A DNA stretch of 64,000 nt. Source: the human T2T-CHM13v2.0 reference genome, Homo sapiens. The position numbers and the translations under genes are program-made. The notes beneath the pieces were generated by a model. It made no database searches. It had not been told where the DNA came from and saw only the letters and a program-made list of their open reading frames with translations. Below are positions 54,526 to 64,000 of the stretch, one piece after another. Each line of letters begins with the position of its first letter. Positions within the stretch are counted from its first letter, which is position 1. The stretch is taken from assembly GCF_009914755.1 (NCBI RefSeq), contig NC_060925.1. One strand, 5' to 3'.

Positions 54526-56530
54526 AAATAAGCAGACAGTGAAGGAAAAGACTACTTGAGACAGGAGATCACTAAAGATCCTTTATTGCCAAGGAGAGTG
54601 AGACTATTTCTGGGTCAAATTTTATCAGATTCAAACAATGAAAAAATGACCTTCCTGGCAGGAAATTTGCTTATAAAAAGTAACAAAGCAGCAAAGGGCA
54701 CAGTGACCTGAATAAAGCAGTTTGAGTGATTACATAGGCAATTTGGTGTCATAATTGGTGGTTTTTGAATGTTAAGTTGCAAAGTTTAGATTGTGTCTTT
54801 TCAGTCATGAAGAAGGAATGGGGATACACAATAAAAATTGTTTCAATAAGAAATGACATATTCAAAGATATGTTTATGAGTAGGAACATGGCAATTGTGT
54901 GCAAGATTAATCAAATGGGTTGGAAAAGGAAAGTAACATCTTGGGAGGCCCTCTCCATACGTCAGGTGTGAAGTAGTAAAAGGTAGATTAAGGTGGTGGG
55001 AGAGAGAATGGACAAAAAGGAAAATTTTATGAAAACTAAATGGAAGTTTACCCATAGTTTCACAATGAATAAACTGTTTTTATAGTTTTACCATGCTAGT
55101 ACCAAGTAACAAAGTTATTTAAAGGACATTGCTTCAGAAATAAGAAGGAAATTTTGTATATCACCATAGCAAAATGTGGCAAATGAATGCCTTATAAAGA
55201 TGTCAAGTTAATATGGGTACCTTCCAGGAGAAAAGTATAGAAGGCATATAAATAAATTATTAGATTTAGTACTTTATTCTATTACAAGATTGTTTTTTAA
55301 GCCAAGATAAAAATCTTGCTAGGTTTTCATTATATACTTCAAATGTTTCATATAATACCTTGCAAAATCAATCAACAAATACAAACAAGATCTATAAACT
55401 CAAATATGTACTAAAATGCATCAATAAATACACAAATAAATGCAAGAATCATATGACATCAGTTGAAAGTTATTATCTATATAGTTCTTAATCAAAAACT
55501 TTACTTGATGCATATTAATTACAAAATTAAATATGAATTCCTTAATTACCATGGTCCATTATAGAACAGTTCACTCTATATTTCAGCCATATCTCTCACT
55601 CCTCCTCTACTTGAACGTTAATGTTTTAAATAATCTACACTAGACTATGTAGCATTTCTTGAACACAACTCTCTTTCCTATGCCCTCTTCCATCTACTAG
55701 ACCACAATGCTTTCTTCTCAGTGTAACCTCATCAAAATCTCCTTATCTGTCAAGGGCAAAGATCAAATGTCCACTCCTCCCTGAAGTCTAACCTTCTGAT
55801 CACATTGCATTTAAGTCCCTGCATGATAAGGTTGAATAGCAAGTGCTGTTGTCAGCATAAATCTCGGATCTTCTATTTTTTCTTTCATAATTTTTAGAAA
55901 CAGGATGGATAACTGATGGTTGGGATCCATCAGGAAGTACAAAAGATGAGGTCCAGAGAAGGCATATTATTCATTATCTGGAAGAATAGCTCTTACTTTT
56001 GTCATGAGCAATTCACATGGGACTATGTTCATTTAGATGTTGTTACAAGAACTTAAGGGAGTTCTTCTGTGTGATGGCTTCTGTCACATCCCTGAAGTGA
56101 AAAGTTAGATGTTCTGTGGAGAAAGAGATAAAGGTGGTGAAGGACGGCTGAGAAGAGAAGAGAGCATTTCAAAAGGGCTTATGTAGGAAATAGGATATGG
56201 AAAACAGCAGCAGAATTGCTGAACAGCATTTACATCTCTAACTATCCCTCAGTACTGGAACCTTTCTTTATCCAATACTTTGATTGCCTTCAGGATAACA
56301 CTCTGCCTTTAGCATTAGGTTTCAATTTATGTGCTTGGGGTCTTTTTCACAATTCTTAGCAGCTCTAATATTGCAGCATAGAAGTCATCACCTCTAAGGA
56401 AGCAATGAAACAAAACCAAAAAATCCTAAGACTTGATCTCAACTGGGTTAAGTATCTTTTGTCTGCTCTCTCTTAATACCCAGTAAATCTCCATCTGCAT
56501 TTACCACACATTAAAGTGTGTTATTTATGT

Positions 56531-57173
<643 letters not shown>

Positions 57174-58020
57174 GTTTATGTTAATAATGAGCTTTTTTTT
57201 TTTTCTCTCCAGGTTCCAACATAATTGAAGCAAATAGTAAATACTGGTTGAATGCATGCCAGAAAGACACTATGCTTGGCACACAGAGAAAAAATTCATA
57301 GCTGTTGGTTCAAAGAACTCTGTACGGTAAAATCTATTGATGTGCTCTCTTGTGATAACTTTCTGTTCCTTTAAAGAAGCAATAATCCAGGACAATGGAT
57401 GAGGCAGGAGTCACTCATCATTGCTGTGAGTGTGAATCATTGCTATTACAAATTTATTCCTAAAGGATTTCCATCCTTTTCTTGATATCTTAAATATCAA
57501 TTTCTACTTTCTCCTACTTTTTCTAAGATTTTATTTTAATTTAGCCTCTTAATCTGTTGAAAAATTTTAAGTTAATTTGATTTTTATGTTGTTATATTTT
57601 TTAATTTATTTCTTTCAAGTTAATTGATTACTTCTAACTGCAAGTTCTAACTGCAAGTTAACTTCCTATCATTTCAGGATCATATTGTTTTAATAATTTC
57701 TAAATTTACTTTGAATAAAATATTTTTTAAAAAACACATTGTCTTTTTAAAATATGCCTTAATATTTGGCAGTGTCTGTTCCTATTTTTAAAAATGACCT
57801 CATATTCTCAACATTTATGTTTCAGATTAATTTGATAGTGTTATGTTGATTTTCAATAAAAAATATTTAACTTTTATTGGGATTGAAATAAAGCTGTGAA
57901 TTTATCTGATATTTGGTCACAACATTAGGATAAAGCTATCATTTCATTTGTTTCAGTCTCTATTTGATATGTACCAGTTAAATTTTATAGATTTCTTCAG
58001 GATCATTTGGAACAACTTAC

Positions 58021-58910
58021 TGCTATAGCTATTTATGGCAAAACAGTGCTGAGGGAGTTCAGACTTCTGGAGAGAGCTAAAAAAAACCCTCTGAATTCAT
58101 TTTGTTAATGAAATTAATTCAAAAGGATAACAGGAAAGGCAGGGCTGAAGGAAGAGAATGGCAGCCCTCATACTGCAAGTCCCTATTCATACTTAAGCAA
58201 CTGGGGTTTATGTTCGCCCAAATTGGCCAGATTGGAAAGAAAGCTAAAAGACTAAGATTACATATGCTGCTAGAAATTTCTATTAAAAATAAAGGCATGC
58301 TTTTGTTTTGATTATGAGGTAGATAAACAACTTCTAGGGGTGAAGAAAGGTGTAGAGATTGGGGGAAATTTTCAACCAAGTTAACCAAAGTCACTCAAGG
58401 GCTACAGGAAACTTCTGCTATGCTAAGAAGTTCTAACCAACAAAAAGCCTCCTGAGTCCAGGAAGCTTGAGCTAGAGTAAAAAAAAAAAAAATTAAAGGC
58501 CTTTGAGTATGGAGGCTTTGTGTAATGATAGGCAAGGACATTTGAGACAACACTTCATTCCACTAAAAGCAACCAAAAACAGTAACAACAGCAAGAATAA
58601 CCTGCTTTTTGGGTGAAATGCAGTAAGTATGAAATAATCCCAATTTGAGGAATTGTTGGAATTTGATATTCTTATTGTTTAATTTTTTTAAATTATGTGT
58701 TGGTAGATTTTCACAGTGCATTTGATTACATAATTTTAATTTTGCCTGAGTAAACCTGACTTTAAAACAATTGGAAAAAACTATATCACAATATAAAGAA
58801 AAGAATCTGAAAATGTGCAAAGGAAGAGAGTTAGACATACTTGTGGGAACCTCATCCCAACACTTTCATATCACATATTGGTGTTATACTCTGACACAAT
58901 ACCAAGTAAA
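58021..58910 (-). pseudogene. Large exon (~890 bp) containing two back-to-back 91-aa ORFs
   Basis: Acceptor gcttttcag| in frame with ORF 58563-58838; ORF 58119-58394 follows after a poly-T slip; donor GCA|GTAAGT. Confidence 0.75.
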
Positions 58911-59162
58911 CTGAAAAGCTTGAAACTATGAGTAGAGAATCCTACTCTAATCCTACTCAAAGTAGGATTCTCTAAACAAGAAATACTTTATACATGTTAT
59001 AAACTGGCAGATGCAATGATACTCAAAGAGTCTACAGCAGATTAGGGTGCTATACAGAATATACAAGCCTTCATAAAAAGAACATAATGGGGATGCCTAG
59101 GATTCTCACTTCTTAGGTGAGTAACTACTGTCCTTTTCAGAAACAGCTAGATAGATTCTTAC

Positions 59163-59219
59163 TTGCTACTGGATCTTGATGAAGATTAAAGGTCTGACCA
59201 CAGAACACAGAGAGTTCAT
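59163..59219 (-). pseudogene. Exon, 57 bp
   Basis: Acceptor ttgtttattaag|, donor CAA|GTAAGA, symmetric phase. Confidence 0.55.
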
Positions 59220-59662
59220 CTTAATAAACAATTAAAAAACAGTTGCCCATAACTAACTAGCTGCATCTGACCTATTCCACTAAAAAATCAAGTCTTTATT
59301 TCCTCTAACATAAGTGCCATTAAGGCACAAGTAAGTTACATGAACAGACAGCTCACTCTCCTGGCCTACTCCTACCACACTGTTCTAATATGTCCCATAT
59401 GGCAGACTACCTATATTAGTTCATCTTCCCCTCCCCACTAAGAAGTAAGCCCCATAAAGGCAGAAATCTTTACTTATTTTGTATGACTTCAACACATTAA
59501 ATAGTATCTCATAGTACCTGAGACATGCTCAACACATATTTGTTGAAATAATAGATGTTTTAAGAATAGATATTTTTGCAAAGATATGGATGGCATATTA
59601 GCATTAAACAGAAAATAGAGGAATAAGTTCAATTAGAAAAAAATGCTTAGGGGTCCATTTAC

Positions 59663-59826
59663 AGTATCTGTTGGAAGAATTTAGGCAGCATGAGACAAGA
59701 ACTGAAAAATTCCCCAAACTTTTCTGTGCCCAAGATATTCTAAAGGAGAAAGAATGAGAGAGGTAAGGCTATCTTCAGAAAACATCCCAGAATATAATAG
59801 CATTGAAATCCAACTGAAACAGAGAG
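59663..59826 (-). pseudogene. Exon (LCFSWISMLLYSGMFSEDSL...HAA*ILPTDT)
   Basis: Strong acceptor attctcacatttctttcag|, donor ACT|GTAAAT, one stop in 54 codons. Confidence 0.65.
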
Positions 59827-59979
59827 CTGAAAGAAATGTGAGAATGAATATAAGAAGCCCTTTCATGTGCAATTTTTGATCTCCAAGGGACTGAAGTTAA
59901 GTTAGTTTGTCAATACAAGTCAAAATTGTTCTTAAAAGACATCTGGATTCCTGGTCATTAACCATATTGATTAGTTTAC

Positions 59980-60783
59980 CTCTATTGTGGAACACTTGTC
60001 TATAAACAAGGTAATTGTGATCAACAGATCAATCATGCCCTAATGCATATCAAACTAGAGTCCAAATGGTACAAATTCAGGGGAAGATATAGGGCTTCTG
60101 AGATCTATGTTTCCAGAGATCCAGCAGATTCATTATTCCCCTAGACATGCAGAAATCCTTCCACAGAAAGGGTCAGCTCAGTAGAGAATGAGGTGTGTTC
60201 ATGGAGAAGTGATGTGAGTTCTTGAGATTTCATGAAACAGAAATATCAGTTGTTTTATTTCAGCAGTAGAAATGGTATATATATTTGGTAATGTGCTTCC
60301 ATTCTGAAAATATGACCTTGATTGTGCAGGTGTTAAAATCTGCTTAAAGGAGGTTTTAAAAGTAAGAAGCAGGACCTGAAAGGCAACCTCTCAATACCAT
60401 GAAAGAAATGGTTCTATGTACACCTTTGTCCTCTTGTCTCACATAAGGCTCAGATTCTACTGAGAAATGCTCATGAGCACATGCTGTTCACCATTTCATC
60501 TCTTCCAAATGGTAGCAAACCTTGGCTATAAAATAAGAGAGTAAGGTAGTGACATATTCTGAGAATTCATCCAACCTTCTCACCAAAATTAAACCTTGCC
60601 AGTTCAAGTTTTGGATTCAATATGAAGATCCACTAGAGACCTGGAACTTCTCTCAGTATAGGGAAATCTCCACCTGGCATAAGATCCTCCAGCTCAAGAG
60701 TAGTAGCCTAAACTTGGGTAGTAGTAGATGTTGGTGTGATGACCTAGTCACTGTAAGTAGTGAGTGAGGATCTCGCTCAGCAT
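59980..60783 (-). pseudogene. Two candidate exons (59980-60525; ~60600-60783)
   Basis: Acceptors ctctcttattttatag| and ctgccttctttcctag|, donor GAG|GTAAAC; stops mostly TGA; frame less certain. Confidence 0.5.
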
Positions 60784-60990
60784 CTAGGAAAGAAGGCAGA
60801 CTTTGATAACAACACACAAAAAGGAAACTTAGATGTCTTAATCTTGGCTTTCTAGGAGATAAAGAGAGAGAGAGTGCAATGAAGTGAATCAGAGAAGGCT
60901 AAGGAAAAAGTATTCAAAAGAGAGAACAGCATACGTTTTGCCATTTTGTCAGCAATTCCTATTCACTATCACCACTTTGGGTGGGATTAC

Positions 60991-61473
60991 TTGTAGGTCA
61001 TCATTATCATGGAATGCAAAGGCTTTCTAAGGGTGATGGATACTATTATTGAAAAGTTGCTATATTTTATTGAGTACTATGATGCATTTAGATAGTAGGT
61101 TAATGTAGACTTTCAATAAAATCTGATGAAGAGGAGAACATTTACTGAGGAACTTTGTAGAATGAATTAACGCATAGGAACCAACAACAGAAGAGTTGCT
61201 GCAAAAGCTTTTATGGAGTAAGAATGTCTAACATATAATTTCCAGTTGTTTCTTGATGCATGATGACACTTACCTGCTTCTCAGAAAACTTTAATGAGTT
61301 CTACTCCATATACATGGAGAAGAAAATAGAAAGGGACTCTAGTGTCTCAGGTTTAAATAGATGCTAGGATAAAATAAGCTATTGTTAACCAAGGCAGGCC
61401 TTGTCTCTTCGGGATTTTAAAAAATTTGGATGGTTTTGAATTGGCACACAACAGATACTTGGCCATGTCTTTC
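60991..61473 (-). pseudogene. Three exons (60991-61198; 61274-61313; 61390-61473) with 75-76 nt introns
   Basis: 61473-61390 fully open (KTWPSICCVPIQNHPNFLKSRRDKACL); donor CAG|GTAAGT at 61273; phases chain 1-1, 1-2, 2-0; one acceptor mutated (CAT). Confidence 0.7.
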
Positions 61474-61715
61474 CTAATGAGAGAGACAGAAAACATCTGC
61501 TTATCCTTCACAGAAATTTAGTGTATTATATTTAACTTCAAAGAATGGTCTTAACAATCTACACAGAAAAATATGAGAGTTATGGCTATTTTTAAGATTT
61601 AAGGATAAAATAAAAGCATACTAAAAAAGAGAGAATTGTGAGAGACACGTTTAAAATTCTGTGAAAGCACAAATATAACTCATAAAGATATTTGTGTGTG
61701 TGTGTGTTTATTCAC

Positions 61716-62279
61716 TTCATGGCTTTCTTGATCTAAAATCAAGTGCACCTTCTGTGATGGGAATTTGCAGACACTGTTCTTTTGATATGCTTATTTATCC
61801 AGCACTACATTTAATTGCTGAATCATGTTTTTTTTTAAAGTTCATGATGGGAAGTCTTGATTTCTAATCACGCCAGGAGAAAATGATCTTAACAACTTTG
61901 ATGAGCTACTCTGTAGAACTCAGTTAGATTGAAGATTTGTTACATGATCTTCATATTTTCTTTAAGCTGTTTTTCCAATATCCTTCAAAGTGTTTCAAAC
62001 ACTAAATAACTAATAAATAAAATATGAAAGAAGAGAAAGGAGGAAGAAAGAGACGGAAGGAGGAAGAGGAGGGAGAGAGAAAGAGGAGGGAAGGAAGGGA
62101 GCTGAATGAGCTACCTCAGAAAACTGGCTGAAATGTTCATGAGATTGAATAATTTTATTTTTCACAATATGCTTAATGGAAGAGATATAAAATGTTTTTT
62201 CCACATGGCAGTTATTTTATGTTTTTTTAACTTTATCTTGGTATGTTACTCTTGTTTACTTTCTCAGTCACTTAGAGGA
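61716..62279 (-). pseudogene. Two candidate exons (61716-62001; 62115-62279)
   Basis: Donors GAG|GTAGCT and GAA|GTGAAT; acceptors ttatttgcag| and ttatttag|; phases match neighbours. Confidence 0.5.
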
Positions 62280-62419
62280 CTGCAAATAAGTTAATAGCAT
62301 TAATTAACTTATAATAGTGTCAGATACTTAGTTTCTTGAAGGGGGAGAGAGAGAGAGAGAATGAGAGAGATTTCAAGGATATGGAAAAATCATCTAAGTA
62401 TACAAAACCGGATGATAAA

Positions 62420-62910
62420 GGAACAATACAGTATAGTGGACCAAGGTCTGAATCTCAACTTCATCATAGTTACATGGTCTTAATTAAATCATTTACTTTT
62501 TCTGAGAATCAATTATTAATAATATTATTTATTCTGGAGAAAGGAGAAAATAATATCTAATTTTTGGGTAGGCTCTTATGAAGCATAAATAAGAGTAAAT
62601 ATGAAAAGCTTCCTGGTAATAAAAACCAACGAATGAAATTTTGTGTCTTATTGTATGTTAATCAACTTAAGAGTCTATCTTCATACCAAATAATCCATAC
62701 ATTTTTAAAGTGTTTTACTAATCATTTTCAGATACACTATCTAGTGTGACTATCACAGCAATCCTACAAGAGAGTGAAAGAGAGTGAAAGTTCTGTCTCA
62801 TTTTAGAAAGGAATCACTTAGAGTCATAGCTGTTAAACAACTAACCAGGAAGTAGGTAGCAAGGGAAGACTAAAAAACTTGGAATCCAGGTTTGCTCTCA
62901 TGCATTTCAT
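62420..62910. mobile_element. MIR fragments
   Basis: ggtctgaatctcaact...tctgagaatcaatta on +; ctcattttagaaagga...ggaatccaggtttg on -. Confidence 0.55.
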
Positions 62911-63846
62911 TACTTTTTACACTTTACAACAAAATTCCTGTTCATTACAAACCTCAAGCAGAATACGTTAAATATTCCAAATTTCGAATTGTTTTTCTAA
63001 GGGAAATAATTTCTTGATGAGGCCTTTTCAATAATAACACAACTTGTTTACAGAGATCAAAAATATTTTATGATTTAAAGAGATACATTTATGTTTAAAA
63101 TTGTTGAGAATCTAAAACTTTGGAGCTATTATAGATAAATTATATATATGATTTATGTACAATTTTACTTGCATTATTCTATTATGATTGAATATTACAA
63201 TCTTAAAACATACATAAGAAGGGTTTTTTCTTTTTTCTTAAAAACTAATACAAGATAAAGCAGAGTTTTGAGTCTCTCTCTCTGTCTTTCCCAGATATTT
63301 CTCCCTGTTTTCAACAAGTAACATGGTGCTTTCAGTTCAAAGATTCCAGAAAGACTCATAATTAATTGAGTATATTATTTAGTAATTTATATACTAAATT
63401 TCATGGTGTCTATAATTAAGCAATTTTTTCAAAATTATAAAAGTATAAAGAAAGTATAAAGGGAGAGTTTTAGAAGTGAAAGTTTGCCATTTTCCCAAAG
63501 AAAGTAATGGGGTGAATGGTATGAATTAATTAATCATACAAGGTGAAATTTTCAAGATCTATGATCTGCATTGTTTTAACTCCCTAACAATGACTGACTG
63601 ATCTCTATACACAATTATTGAACACTCTCTTAACTACCCCCTTTTAAATTTGGAATTCTTTGTATCTAGCATCATTCATTTGAATAATTCAATGGTATCT
63701 ATATTATTTTTTTCATTACATTTAACATTTCTCTTTTGAGAAAATGGACATAATGACATACTACAGTTTTATGTTGAATGAGTCATAAGTAAAATGTCCA
63801 TAGCGCTAAACTATGTCCCTTGACTCTAGCAGAGCTGTGAACCCAC

Positions 63847-63971
63847 CTAACGTCTAATGGGAAAACATTTCAACCATTGTTCCAATTATAAGAGGTTTGT
63901 CAGTTCAGCTGACTTTTGTAATGTAGACATTCATCGTGCAAACCAACAGATTACTTGGACATATGAGAGAT
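63847..63971 (-). pseudogene. Weak candidate exon at window edge
   Basis: Donor TAG|GTGGGT, acceptor tatgttag|, two stops. Confidence 0.3.
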
Positions 63972-64000
63972 CTAACATATATTTACAATAATATAAATAT

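Noticed and set aside
60549-60767. Plus-strand ORFs here and at 19465-19650, 22345-22614, 38933-39202
   Set aside because: No plus-strand splice chain found; probably antisense shadows of the minus-strand exons.

Overview
AT-rich, repeat-dense primate (human/ape-like) genomic DNA with no intact protein-coding gene. Interspersed repeats include a near-full-length L1PA15/16, an L1MA2, another L1MA, a young 5'-truncated L1PA2/3, a solo LTR12, an internally deleted HERVL18 provirus with two LTR18A-like LTRs, MER4/MER67/MLT1 LTRs, Alus, MER1B/MER58/MER82 DNA elements, L2 and MIR. The main result comes from hand translation of the unique sequence on the minus strand: a very large, multi-exon, decayed protein-coding gene (probable unitary pseudogene) running across almost the whole window, from at least ~62.3 kb down to ~2-3.5 kb. 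There are about 40 candidate exons, roughly 9-11 kb in total, many with canonical or singly mutated splice sites, stop-poor frames and matching intron phases. An L1MA2 and an L1PA2/3 each sit inside a former exon. I cannot name the gene. A ~500-bp palindrome split by an Alu lies at 14.4-15.25 kb. Repeat subfamily calls are from remembered consensus similarity, and all counts were made by hand.
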